This document shows, in pieces, positions 16,804-28,920 of a DNA stretch of 47,256 bases; the first letter of the stretch is position 1, and every line of letters starts with the position of its first letter. This stretch comes from Neoconidiobolus thromboides FSU 785 (Eukaryota > Fungi > Entomophthoromycota). Under the pieces are notes generated by a model that did not search any database, was not told the origin of the DNA, and saw only the letters and a list, made by a program, of their open reading frames with translations. Location: the NCBI GenBank assembly GCA_025603075.1, contig MU626413.1, positions 1 to 47,256 on the forward strand, read 5' to 3'. Position numbers and translations under genes: made by a program.

Positions 16804-17841
16804 TTAATCTTGTAAAAATTGTTCAATTTTTTTTTCTTTTAATTTTTTAGCAATGATATCGTCTTCTAATTTAATTTGTAACTCTTGTGGTATTTGCTTA
16901 TAATCTACATCAATTTCTTCTTCACTATTTTTCAACATCATCTCTTTATCTTTTAATTCTAATTGATATTGTCTTAATGTCCTTAAACTATTTTGTTGTT
17001 CTTGGAAAGAGATTCTAGGTACAACACTATCATTTGAATCTTCTCTATTAGTTTCTAAAATTACTGAAGGTTCAACAGATATATCTAAATTACTTTCAGA
17101 TAATAATTGAGGCGATAGTTGATTATTATAATTAAATTGACGTATTTTTTTAAATGGTTGTAAGATAACAATTTTACTTAAGGTGATAATGATTTCAGTA
17201 AATAATGTACAAGTAAACTTATCATGTTTGATAATAGCTGATGCAGAGATATAAGTTAATTGCTTTTTTAATATTTTATTTTCTAATAATTGAAGTATAA
17301 TTTTCATAGCTAAAAATGGGTTTCTTTCCGCTAACAATATCATCTTTTCTTTATCTGGTATATTAAATAAACTGGTTATGATGCTCATCCAAACAGTTAC
17401 CTCTACTTGATTAAAATTATCAAATTCATAATCTAAACCTAAACTTTCTACTACTTCTTGTAAACTTTCTAAGGCTTCATAAACTCTTCTTGAATCATTT
17501 GGTTTTAATTTATACATCATTTTTTCTTTTAAGATTGCTATTAAACTATGACAAAAAGATTTTAAGGTGGCTTCATCATTGGAAAGGATCAATGAAATAT
17601 CAAGAGTATCAAAATGAGCCTTATTTTTTTCTTGAAGTTTTAAGATTGTTTGTTGAAATAATTCTAATTTATTAATAGTAATCGAAGATGTACGTTTAAT
17701 AAATAAAGTAAATAAAATTGTTAACCATAAATCTAAATTCATTGAAGTTATAGAGTATATTGAAGGTTCACCACTTAACTTTAATAATTTATTAAGGTGC
17801 TTTAATATCGAATCAGATGGAATAGTTTGTATTAAATTCAT
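16804..17841 (-). CDS. Uncharacterised protein with two CH-like repeats resembling the CEP95 N-terminal DUF5745, plus C-terminal coiled coil
   Basis: Intronless 345-aa ORF. Internal repeat LDISLILSNDEATLKSFCHSLIAIL / ISASAIIKHDKFTCTLFTEIIITL. Domain call from recalled pattern only. Confidence 0.45.
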   Translation of the reverse strand: MNLIQTIPSDSILKHLNKLLKLSGEPSIYSITSMNLDLWLTILFTLFIKRTSSITINKLELFQQTILKLQEKNKAHFDTLDISLILSNDEATLKSFCHSLIAILKEKMMYKLKPNDSRRVYEALESLQEVVESLGLDYEFDNFNQVEVTVWMSIITSLFNIPDKEKMILLAERNPFLAMKIILQLLENKILKKQLTYISASAIIKHDKFTCTLFTEIIITLSKIVILQPFKKIRQFNYNNQLSPQLLSESNLDISVEPSVILETNREDSNDSVVPRISFQEQQNSLRTLRQYQLELKDKEMMLKNSEEEIDVDYKQIPQELQIKLEDDIIAKKLKEKKIEQFLQD

Positions 17842-17975
17842 ATTGGCTTGGATTTTAAAAAGTAAAAACTAGCTTTCAATTATTTTTGAAGATTTGAGTG
17901 TAAAGAATAAGCAAAAAAAATTGATTTTAAAAAACCCTTTATTCCAAAATAAAATAATAAAAAACAAAATTCTTT

Positions 17976-18013
17976 CTTCTTTTCTTCTTTTCTTCTTTTC
18001 TTCTTTTCTTCTT
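17976..18013 (+). repeat. (TTCTT)n-like pyrimidine tract directly 3' of the cyclin stop codon
   Basis: tctttcttcttttcttcttttcttcttttcttcttttcttctttt. Confidence 0.8.
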
Positions 18014-18619
18014 TTAACCCCAAAACAATTCAACAAAGTCATGTAAATAATACATATATAACCCATCATCGAAGGTTAATTCAAATCCTAAATTTTCAAA
18101 TAATTCCACTTGAACTTTTAAAACCTCTTCCACCTCCACTCCTTTCACTTTTAATAAACCTTCTTCAGATTCAAATAATTCATCTTGAATATAATTTTTA
18201 GCTAATAATAAACTAGCAATAATTAATTGATATTTATCAATGGATGAATACCATTCAAAGTTACATTTTGATACTCGAATAATATAACACATAGAAGCAA
18301 GATAAGTGGGTAAAGGGATGACTATGGAAGAATAGTACTTATTTAAATTAGATAAAAATGAAGGAGAGTGAATCTGTTGCTGTTGTTGATAAGATATATT
18401 ATTATTATTATTATTATCCTCTTGTTTTTCTTGTTCTTCTTGTTCTTCTTGTTCTTCTTGCTCTTGTTTTTTACATTGATTTAAAATATTTAAAGTAAAA
18501 TGATATTGATAATAACATATTGGATAATCACTATTTTCAATAAAATCTACTATTACCGGAGTAATTTCATGGTTCTTTTGTAATAACTCTTGTTTTATAT
18601 TGGACAATTGGGCATGCAT
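18014..18619 (-). CDS. Pcl/Pho80-type cyclin-fold protein with EEQ and poly-N/Q insertions
   Basis: 201-aa ORF. LIIASLLLAKNYIQD...VEEVLKVQVELFENLGFEL resembles the Pcl cyclin pattern (L.LASKY.DD...ELN.ME..LL..LDF.L). Confidence 0.55.
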   Translation of the reverse strand: MHAQLSNIKQELLQKNHEITPVIVDFIENSDYPICYYQYHFTLNILNQCKKQEQEEQEEQEEQEKQEDNNNNNNISYQQQQQIHSPSFLSNLNKYYSSIVIPLPTYLASMCYIIRVSKCNFEWYSSIDKYQLIIASLLLAKNYIQDELFESEEGLLKVKGVEVEEVLKVQVELFENLGFELTFDDGLYMYYLHDFVELFWG

Positions 18620-18930
18620 TGTTATTTATTACAATGAAGTAAATAAAGTTGTTAAGAAATGCCTATTTTTTTAAATTCATTATTGGACTATTAACATGTT
18701 GAAGGGATAGGAGAAATAAGATCAGATGATTGGTTCTAACTTTTAATATTAGGAAAATTGAATATTATTAAAATGAATATTTTTTAGGGATCAAATAAAT
18801 AAATTGAAAATAAACATATTAATTTAATTTAATTTAATTTAATTTCAAAAAAATAGTAATAAAAATTTATTTATAAATAATAGTATACAGTGTTATATAT
18901 AATATATAAAAAGATAGAGATAAAAGTTAT

Positions 18931-20881
18931 TTAACTATTAAAAATAAGAGCATTAAGTTTAGTTTCTAAGATACCAACTTGAACATGTAATTTTTCAATA
19001 TAATCATCTTTATCCTAAAAAAATAGATGTAAAATATTAATAAATAAAATAAAATAAGATAAAATAAAATAAAATAAAGCAATTGTTATAATATTATAAT
19101 CATAAATAGAATGTTTACCTTTAACTTTTGATCTAGATTATTAATAGCAATTTCAATATTTTTTTTAACAATTAAACTGGGCATTAATTGATTAATTTGT
19201 GATATGATTTCTTTTAAGTCTGAATCATCACTAATATTTTTATAACAAAATAACCCGTTAACTAAGATTCGACTAGGTTTATTTAATGTTGAGATTAATT
19301 TAATACTATCTGATGGAATAATAGAATTAAGTTTACTATTAGAATTATTATTAGTTTCTAATAAACTGTTACTACGATTAATTGATCTGTATTGAGGTTG
19401 TCTGGATGACTGTGGAGGTTGATTATTATTGTTATTGTTTTCATCCAACAAACTAAATTTTTCTATTGCTGATTGAAATTTAGTTTCTTTTAATACTTTA
19501 TTTTTTTTAATATTATTAATATTAATATTATTAATATTAATATTATTATTATTATTATTATTATTATTCATTCCACTATTTAAATTAATAGCATTAGTAG
19601 TTGTAGTCATAGTTGTAGTTGTAGTTGGTAAACATTCATTTTTTGTTTGAAAATTTAATATTCTTGATTGTAAAGTGGTATTTTGACAAGCATTTAAAGA
19701 GGGATCTATATTACTTTTAGTTACTATACTGGTCTTACTTCTACTAAGTGGATAGTAACTCTTTTCTTTCGTGCTAATTGAAGTAACATTTGATTTTGAT
19801 ACTTCACTTGAAAAACTACGTTTCACTTGAAAACTAGATTGAGTTTTAGTAGATGTAGTTGTTACTTTAGATAAACTTTGATTTTTAGCTTCATAAATAT
19901 TTAAACAATTTTGAACAATTTTGGAAACTGGAAAACTAGTTTCAATAACTTTAATATCCTTATTATCATTAGAAATATCAGCACTGTCCTTGCTATTACT
20001 ACTCTTACTCATTGATTTAAAATTCAAAAAAGATTTGGATTTCTGTAAACTATTTGCTTTTTTTAAACTCCCTTTTAAAGATAAACTGCTGTTTTCTTTC
20101 AATAATTTAAAACTAGAATTTAAAGCAAGATCTAATACAGTAGTTGTACTTGCTTTAACTAGACTTTCATAAGCTGCCTTTTTACCACTGATCGATTTTC
20201 CTAATGCTTCTTGAGCCTAAAAGTAAAAACATTAATCAATAAAAAACAAACAAGAGAATTAAGTTACTTCTACAGCAAGTGAAATAGATTGAGAATAACT
20301 AGCATTAGCTAATAACGGGTTGGAACGTATTAATTCATTATTATGAGTATAAAGCTTATAGTGAGCTTTACAATAGAAATAAGCTAAATAAAATAATAAA
20401 TAAAATAATGAATTTATGAACATTAATAAATAATAAAAATTAATAAGAATTAATTTACCATCTAATTTTTCATTTGTAGATAATGATAATAATTGATTAC
20501 AATGACGACAACGAAAACAATTAGGATGTAATGAATAGGAATCTACTAAACATTGTTCAGCTGGATAAACAGGTAAATGACAAACAAAACAATCTTGACT
20601 TTGACCAGTAATAACTACAGTAGCCTAAAGAAATGATAAGTTTTTATTAGTATTTATCATTTTAATTGAAGTTATAGTTGCTACTTACTGGTCTCTTAGA
20701 TGGTGTATTCCACAGTGTTTGTGGATTAGAGTTGGAACGTATGTGAGTAATTGGTGTATCAGACTCATACTTACTACTACGAATGTTAATGGAAGCTGAA
20801 CGTGACTGTCAAATGAAATTAATAGGGGATAAATAATAAAACGAATCAATTTACTAGATTATTAGCTAATTTTGAAGTCAT
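18931..20881 (-). CDS. LIM-domain protein with long Asn/Ser/Thr-rich region; about 6 exons
   Basis: Reconstructed: MTSKLANNL/SRSASINIR.../CFVCHLPVYPAEQCLVDSYSLHPNCFRCRHCNQLLSL.../FYCKAHY (complete LIM zinc ligands). Joins ORF 19086-20102. Last exon DKDDYIEKLHVQVGILETKLNALIFNS* ends at 18931. Confidence 0.8.
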
Positions 20882-21291
20882 ATATATTAATACTATGATA
20901 ATAAGATAATAGTTGTAAGAAAGTAAAAATTTGAAGTTAAAAAATCGAATTATTTAATTTTGTTTATTATTTATACCTTTAAAATATGAAATATTGGTTT
21001 TTAATTGTCCGTTAGCTTGGATCATTCTTTATTTTTTAGCTGTTAAAAAAAAGTTCAACTTTCCAATTTTTAAATTTTGGAATGATTTCAATAAAATTGC
21101 TTGGTAAGGGATAAACTTTATAAAAACATTAAGACATTTATTTATCTTAAATTAATTAATGAAAAGTAAATAAAGATTTATAATAAGCTAAATCATATTG
21201 AGATGTAAATATTCAAACTAAACTATAAATCTAAAATTAAATTTAATAATCAATAAATTAAGAATAGTGATAATTTATCAGATAATATATT

Positions 21292-21330
21292 AATTAAACT
21301 TTAATTAAACTTTAATTAAACTTTAATTAA
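21292..21330 (+). repeat. Tandem 11-bp repeat (TTAATTAAACT) x ~3.5
   Basis: taattaaactttaattaaactttaattaaactttaattaa. Confidence 0.8.
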
Positions 21331-21375
21331 TCAAATATAATCAAATATAATTAAACATAATTAAATATAATTACA

Positions 21376-21455
21376 TAATATAATATAATATAATATAATA
21401 TAATATAATATAATATAATATAATATAATATAATATAATATAATATAATATAATA
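21376..21455 (+). repeat. (TAATA)n microsatellite, ~16 units
   Basis: Uninterrupted pentamer array immediately 3' of the first DUF4112 stop codon. Confidence 0.95.
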
Positions 21456-21473
21456 ATACAAATACTATTTAAT

Positions 21474-22091
21474 TTATTCGGATAATACTCCCAAATCAAC
21501 AATTTCATCATCCTCAAATAATTCAATATTTTTTTCAAACCATTTTTCAATTAATTTTAAATTCCTCAAATTGCCTTTAAACCAAATGTCATATAGATCC
21601 CCAATAATAGGAGCTGCACCAATAGTAGTATCTAAGCCAACATTAAAAAACATTTTGTTATAAATAGATTTAGGTAAATTTAAATCTCTTGCCAAATAAA
21701 TTAATAATAAACTTAAACCTGCTGCTGACACGTCCCCAATTCCTGGAATTAAACCTAAAATACCATCAATCCCAATAGGAATAGGTTGACCTGGTATACG
21801 ATCTAACCATTGAGCGTATAGTTTTATAAACTCAATTCTTTTAATAGCTTGTTTTTTAGTTAAGGTCTTCTTTTTATAACCAGGTAAAGTATTCCAAGTA
21901 TCTAATAATACTTCTCTTTTACTCTTTTTTTCTTTTTTTCGCATTGGAAGTTTAGGTGGGATTGCTAAATCTCCGCTCATTCTTGAACCCATAACACCCG
22001 ATGGTTCTTTTACTTCTGTCTTTTTACGATTGAATAAATTACAATTATTTAACCCTATCCAACTACGTTTATTACTTTCTGTTTGACTCAT
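21474..22091 (-). CDS. DUF4112 family membrane protein, paralog 1
   Basis: AQWLD...IGIDGILGLIPGIGD...KMFFNVGLDTTIGAAPIIGDLYDIWFKGNLRNLKL matches the DUF4112 pattern (G.D..IGLIP.IGD ... G.VP..GD..D..FK.N.RN..L). Confidence 0.85.
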   Translation of the reverse strand: MSQTESNKRSWIGLNNCNLFNRKKTEVKEPSGVMGSRMSGDLAIPPKLPMRKKEKKSKREVLLDTWNTLPGYKKKTLTKKQAIKRIEFIKLYAQWLDRIPGQPIPIGIDGILGLIPGIGDVSAAGLSLLLIYLARDLNLPKSIYNKMFFNVGLDTTIGAAPIIGDLYDIWFKGNLRNLKLIEKWFEKNIELFEDDEIVDLGVLSE

Positions 22092-22466
22092 TTCGTATTA
22101 TTATTAGAAATATTATTATTTGATTTCTTGGTATATCTTTCTATGAGTTTTATATACATTTTTAAGATTAACTAATTCTTAGATCATTTCTTTATAAAAT
22201 TAATTTTAGCCAATTATATTCTTATTAAGCCACCCTTAAAATTTTTAAAAATGACTTGGGAGTGATGTAATTTGGAGAACCTTATACATTTCATTTAAAT
22301 TATTATTTTTGTCTAATATTTTAATAATCATAAGGTAAAAATAATAAGATAAAAACAATAAGATAAAATAATTTACTCAATTGTAATTAAGTATGAATTC
22401 AATAAATTTGTTTATTTTGATTCGATAGAAAAAACACATCTATTTTGTAAAGCCCCTCTTCTGCTT

Positions 22467-22901
22467 TTACTCTTCCTGTTCAAACAAGTGTATATTCTCT
22501 TCCACCCATTTTTCCATCAAATCTACATTCTTTAAATTTGCTCTCCATAATACATCAAAAACGTCTCCTAAGAATGGTATGGATCCCACCGTTGTATCAA
22601 TTACTATATTCCCTATCATTTTCCCATAAACATGTTTTGGTAAATTTAAATCTTTAGCTAAGATGATTAATATTATAGATAAGATAGAGGTTGCACCATC
22701 TCCGATAACAGGGATTAATCCGATAAGCCCATCAAGTCCAATTTTGATAGGTAAACCGGGGATAGCATCCAACCATTGAGCATAAGTTTTTAATAATTTT
22801 ATACGGGAGCGAGCTTGTTGAATAGTGATCTTCTTTTTCTTTGATGACGGTGGTTGAGGTGTATTTATAGGTTCAACTTCTCTAGATCGATTAATTGGCA
22901 T
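22467..22901 (-). CDS. DUF4112 family membrane protein, paralog 2 (tandem duplicate)
   Basis: IGLDGLIGLIPVIGD...IDTTVGSIPFLGDVFDVLWRANLKNVDL, colinear with paralog 1. Confidence 0.85.
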   Translation of the reverse strand: MPINRSREVEPINTPQPPSSKKKKITIQQARSRIKLLKTYAQWLDAIPGLPIKIGLDGLIGLIPVIGDGATSILSIILIILAKDLNLPKHVYGKMIGNIVIDTTVGSIPFLGDVFDVLWRANLKNVDLMEKWVEENIHLFEQEE

Positions 22902-24329
22902 TGTTTAGTTATATTAGTTTTATTAAATTAACAAAAGATTAATTCTTAAGTGATTTAAATTTTTAATTTAAGTTTGAAAATATTAATTAACTAGTTAAAA
23001 GTCAAGTAAGGTTTGGCTAAAATTTTGAAACATTATTCTTCACTTCTGCAATAGATAACTAATTTTCCACATTTTATGCTGCATAAAGGATAATCAAATT
23101 GATTAAGTTTTGGAATTCATAAAAGTAACTCAAATACCAAGCAATAGTTTATATCATGAAGTTAAAGTAGTACACAGCAATTGACATTTCTCATAAATCA
23201 AAATTTAAGTATGAGATATACTTTTTGCTGCAAATAGTGACTAAAGATACTTAATAAAAAAATCCTAAACATTTATGAATATTTTTATATTATTAGTTAA
23301 GACAGTAGAAGCTTTTATAGGTAAAAAATTAAATTATTTTCATGTAAATTCTTATTAGTATTACAATTACTCACCCCTGAGGATATTTTGATAGTATGAC
23401 TGTATGTTAAAATATAATAAATAATCTATAAAAAGATGACACAATGCAACTCTTCAAACAATCTTAAATCCTTAATACCCATAACTATTAAATCTAGTAA
23501 GATTTCTATTTTATATAAAAAAATAGAAACAATATTTAGTGATCTATCTTTGAGGTATCATGTATATTAAGTTACAATTGCTTATTCCCTTATCCATGGC
23601 TACATGACGACCACCTTGTAGCTATTATAATCGTAGTGAAAATAGCTACGTGGCTAGGCGGTCCTTGGTTTTGGCTTGAGTGTTAAAGATATAGCTAGAG
23701 TGAGTACAGAGTAGGTAGCGGCGATAGGGTTGAATCCACTGTGATACCCTTTATTTGTTACTGAAATGTATTGGGACGATCAAATTGAACGTTTTAGTAC
23801 TAAATCTGGTAAGGGGAAAATAACTAGTATAATATCAGAACTTATCATTTTGGTGGATTTTTTAGTGGGAAAAATAAATTATTTTAAATGCCTATTTTTT
23901 GGTTTAAAATATACCTTAGCCCAAAATCTAGTTTTTCAGTTTTAATTTTAATTTTTGATCAGTACATGGAAATGTTTTCTATCATGATTTGATTGAGTTT
24001 GTTAAAATTTATATTGTATAAGGAAAACAAAATACACCTTTTTGAAAGACATGTAACAAAAACATTTATATAAATATTTATAAACTTAAGCCTAAATCAA
24101 ATTGAAAAATTAAAACATAATTCTACTTCAAATCCACTTTATACATTGATTAACCATGACTCCATAATAAAAAAATACACTATAGAATACCATGATGCAA
24201 TGTTATCTAATCTGAGTTTATGTAAGTTAATCTATTACTTAACCATGAACAACTGGTACTAGTATAAATAAAAACTCATATCTCTTTTTATCTTTTATTT
24301 TTTAATTTTTACACTACAGTTCGATCTAG

Positions 24330-25900
24330 TGTGAAAATAATTTTCAACTGGAAGATTTAGAAAAAAAGATAATTAAAGAAATGGGAATGTATTTTTGTGC
24401 TTAAGAATTTTACTAACAAATCTTCCACTCAAATAACACTTGAAAAATGGAAAAAGTAGTGAAATCAAAAAAACACCCCCAAATGCTATACCACCTCTCA
24501 TCTAATGACAAACTTAGTTTACTCATTTGTTGTAAAAAGTGGAACCAAGTAATTGTACCAATATTATGGGAAGGTATGAGTCGAAGCTACTATAATAATT
24601 ATAGTAATAGAATCAAGAAAGCTATTAAAAAACAGGGATACTATATCAAATGTTTAAAGCTTAAGAATTATTTAAATCTACCCTTGCATTTACTAGAAGA
24701 TCCAAGCAATGTTAAATTATATACAAATTTTGATCGATGTTTAAAAAATATAAATCAATTTAAAGACTTTCTATCATTAGGTCTTACCTATACAACGCTT
24801 ATTTATGATATAACAGTTGAAGAATGTATACTTGCGAACAAAATCAATATTAAAGGGATGTTTTATTATTTGAAATACTTGAAATTTGATTACATAAACA
24901 ATCTATAATATTAATAATATCATATTTACCATCAGCAGTTACTTCATTGCTAATCAGTCGTGATGATGATGTTGAAATACTATTTTTTGAAAATTTGATA
25001 AGTAAACTTGATAATTTAAAGGTACTTGAACTAGATTATATTAGCCTTGAATTAGAAGAGTTTAACTGTTAAATCAACAATTTCCACAATTGGAAAGGTT
25101 AAGTATTGAATGTGTGAAAATAAATAAATTAGAAGAGACGTGTATAAAATTTATTAATTACACAAAGCTTAAAGCTCAATATTTCAGATTCTTCAATCTT
25201 AAAGTTTAATGAAATATCAAATTTGGAGGAGTTAACATTATTTGGTTGTAATTTAACTCATCAAATTGTAGATAAGGATACATTTACAATGCTAAAGTAT
25301 TAAAGTCATATTATGTTTATAGCACTTTATCTAAGCATCTATATTCAATATCCAATATGAAAACAACTACACTGTTGACTTTAGAGGTATCTTATAGTTT
25401 TTTACCTTTAATCAAAGAAAATTTTCTAATAAAGAACTGTAACATAACGGATATTGAATATTACAAATTTTACCTTAGAAAACGATTTTTTAAATTTTTT
25501 ATATAGATTATGTCCTAATTTACAGCACTTCGAGGTCAAAAGTTGAATTTAATATTAACTTATTACTTTTAAATAACAAAAGAGAAGTGATATTAAACCA
25601 TGACCTAGTTAATGTAGCATTTGATAATTATTATAATTTACGTTTAGATATTTTTATTGAATACATATTAAAGTATTATAAAAATATAAATTTATAAATT
25701 TATTTGAGGTTTCACATCCAAGCAGCTATCTAGCAAAGTATATAAATAAATATCACAAAATTTTTAATAGATATTGATTTTTTATTCAGGTTTTTGAATT
25801 TATTTTATGTATTGAATTTAGAACATTGTCAACCTATTATAATTTACATTTTATAAAATAACTATTATATTTGATAACATTGAAAGTCTATATAACAATA
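24330..25900 (+). pseudogene. F-box/LRR (RNI-like) gene, MITE-interrupted and apparently decayed
   Basis: F-box motif LEDLEKKIIKE-MLYHLSSNDKLSLLICCKKWNQVIVPILW spans the MITE. Downstream LRR-like fragments (LDNLKVLELDYI, NLEELTLFGCNL) are broken by stops and frame changes. 3' boundary approximate. Confidence 0.65.
24383..24480 (+). mobile_element. MITE copy e (98 bp) inserted in the F-box coding sequence
   Basis: GGGAATGTATTTTT...AAAAAAACACCCCC with AAAT on both sides (24379-82 and 24481-84). Confidence 0.9.
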
Positions 25901-26389
25901 GTTTTTAATAGAGGCTATTTTATTTTATATTTTAAAATACTATGGACACCAATGCTTTATCCTTTTTGAGTGATTGAAAAGTTACAAGAGCTTCATTTGC
26001 CAAGGTAAAGAGAGCTATAAGTTGACACTTTTGTAATAATAAAATGAAAGCAATTAAATATATAGGGAAACAGTTTTATCTGATAAAATTCTGCTTTTTT
26101 AAGAAGAAAAAGTTCATTTACTTTAGACATCAAAAGTTTTTTCATTCAAAGAGAATGGGAAAGAGAGCTATTAGAAGAAGTAAAATAGAAATGATTATGG
26201 TTATATTGAGCAATACGGTAGTCGTCAGAAAAGATTATACCTCTAATGAACGAAAATCTAATTGTTCTATATATTCTAGCTTTGATTTGAATTCTAGTTA
26301 AGATGTTCAAAAAACATAGATATCACAACTAGATTCTTTTATAATATTTCAGCTTTTAATAAACATTTTTCAAAATTAGTTTATTATAT

Positions 26390-26488
26390 GGGGTTGTATT
26401 TTTATATTTAAGAATTTTAGTGATAGTTTTTCTACTTAAATAGTGCTTAAAAGATGGAAAAAGTGATGAACCCAAAAAAAACATCCCC
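26390..26488 (+). mobile_element. MITE copy f (99 bp)
   Basis: GGGGTTGTATTTTT...AAAAAAAACATCCCC with ATAT on both sides. Confidence 0.88.
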
Positions 26489-26941
26489 ATATGAAATAAC
26501 AAATAACAACAATTGAAATATCTAAAAATGTCAATTTGAAATAAACTAATAACATAGGTATAAAGATGTAAACTTAAAACAAGTTAAGGCCAAATTTATC
26601 TTTATATCAAATACACAATCAATTGGAATCCCTTAACATTCTACAATACTGAGTTATAAAAATCCTAATACAGATAATTGCTCACAAGAAGAAGTCAGGT
26701 TCAGTTTTATACTCTGCATAAAAATTTGTGTCTTTTAAACCTATACAATTAAGTGATTTTATATTTTAAAAATAGATTAAAAGATGGTCTATGAATTTTT
26801 TTAAGTTGGGAAATACAATATATTTGAATGTAACATTTTGTAAATTGGTATCCTTTATCATTTTATGATTTGAAAAAGGCATACTAATATTAAAGTAACA
26901 ATTTACTACCTCAAAATTTTGCAAACTAAGACACAACATAT

Positions 26942-27040
26942 GGGAATGTATTTTTGTGTTTAAGAATTTTACTAATAATCTTTCTGCTCAAATAGCGCTT
27001 AAAAAAATGGAAAAGTAATGAAGTCAAAAAAAACATCCCC
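26942..27040 (+). mobile_element. MITE copy g (99 bp)
   Basis: GGGAATGTATTTTT...AAAAAAAACATCCCC; flanks ATAT / ATAC. Confidence 0.88.
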
Positions 27041-28479
27041 ATACCATTAAGGAAGTTTTTATGAAAGATTTACTAGAGGGTTACTTTTGAAAAAATTCAC
27101 ATAATCTAAATAATGACCTAATAATAAATAGGTTTTTTACTATTTAGATATATTGAGTAATGAATCAATAGTTTTGGAAACATCATGAAATTTAAATGTT
27201 TAATACAATTCCCATATTTTTCAAAAAAAAATTCATTTCATTTTTATATTTATAATAGCAATCTGAAGCAATATCTTTCCATAATATATGTAATAATGCT
27301 TTATTTCATTCCTTGAAATATAAAAGTAGACTACCTTTACTTCCATCTTATAGCTGATATGGAACTCCTTTGACTCAGCTTATTTACAAGCTTTTAGTGT
27401 CAAAGCCATCGTCCATCGTTTAGTTTAAAACAGATTATGAGTATTGGTACAGAAAGGTCTATTGTTTTTTATAATTAAATGATAACTTTTTTTTGAGGCC
27501 TTGAACCCAGATGGGGAAATGTTTTTTATTAAATAAGAAAAATATGTTTATAGAGATTCGGAGGCTACTTTGTAAGAGAGAACCTTCCTGATTTTCTAGA
27601 GAAAAGGTGAGTTGAAGTTAAGTTAACTTCATTTGGCTAAGCAATGCGCCATTCTATGTAAAGGTTAAGTGCAAATAAGTCTACATCAGGACCTTTTACA
27701 TAAAATTTCCAGCATGAACAGTAAACGGCTCAGAGAATTGAGCCAATAAAGGTATTGGTAAAGGAAGGCTTAAAGTCGAACATGATTACTTTGCAAGTAA
27801 TTGGGAGATAGTAGAAATTTGTCAATTGGAAAACTAAAAATTTGGATAAAAGCGTTAAATTAAATGTTAAGAGAGTGGGGACAGCTGAAGGAGTAATGAA
27901 AAGAAATAAAATCTAACGAAAGGCATCATAAGTGAAAAGATAAGATATATGGTTTGAATTTACCTAACTGAAATCTAGGTGTAAAAGCTGAGCAATTAAT
28001 TAGCAACTTTTAGGAGAATTTATTAGTAAAAAATGATTAACAGGGAAAATCAAAAGTAGCGTTTGTATACATTATTTAAACGTTTACATTTTATTATGTA
28101 ATTATATACCAAAAACTATTCTATTAAATACTTCAGTACAATTAAACTATAATTCTTATATCCAATTGAAAACATACAATATTTTAGTATATTTTACAAA
28201 ATCACTTTTTTATTCTTATTTTAAAATATTTTTAATCTCTAAAATCAAAACTTTGTTTAAACAAATATAAAATTTTATGATTATACTATGATATAATCAA
28301 TTTAGCAATTTAAAAAGCATTTGATTATTGAATGTTAGAAAAGTATTTATTCTATTTCAAGCTCTTTACAGTCATTTTTATAAAATTTAATCAATAGTCT
28401 TTTAATCTTAAGTTATCAAATGTTCAAAATTTAATTAAAATTTAACTTCAAAGTAATAGTTACATTATCCCTGAATTTT

Positions 28480-28920
28480 TAAGCAAAAATTAACTTTCCA
28501 CCTCCACTTTTTTTTTAATTTTTATCAGTTTACACTATTTAAAAATGTTCAAAGGCTGATTATATAAAAGTCTCTAGTTAATAAAGCAGATGTAATTATC
28601 AGTATATATTGTAATCATTTTTAACTTTTGTATCAAGTTTTATTTTAAGGCAATTTTGTCAAATTATTTTAAATGATCAAAGATACGAATAACCTATTTG
28701 AATATTACTAATTCAAACTTTGAAAGTGGTGTTTATTCGATACTATCTTCGAGCATAATAGTATCTTCTTAAATAAACTTTAATTCCAATTCAAATACTA
28801 TTATAATTCAACTATTTATAAATTGTGGTGCTTATCTGTATAATAAACTCTTTGACATATTCTTAGTATAAAATGGAGCTTTCCAAAATGTAGATTAATA
28901 CCACATCAAACCGCACTGCT
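28480..28920 (-). pseudogene. Possible second decayed F-box/LRR gene fragment
   Basis: Minus frame CGLMWY*STFWKAPFYTKNMSKSLLYR*APQFI resembles the post-F-box C..W......LW..P pattern. Many stops; boundaries approximate. Confidence 0.3.

Noticed and set aside
24383-24480. MITE acting as an introner (self-removing intron)
   Set aside because: It has a GTATTT donor-like site, but no AG at its 3' end, and the internal AG tested does not restore the F-box frame.
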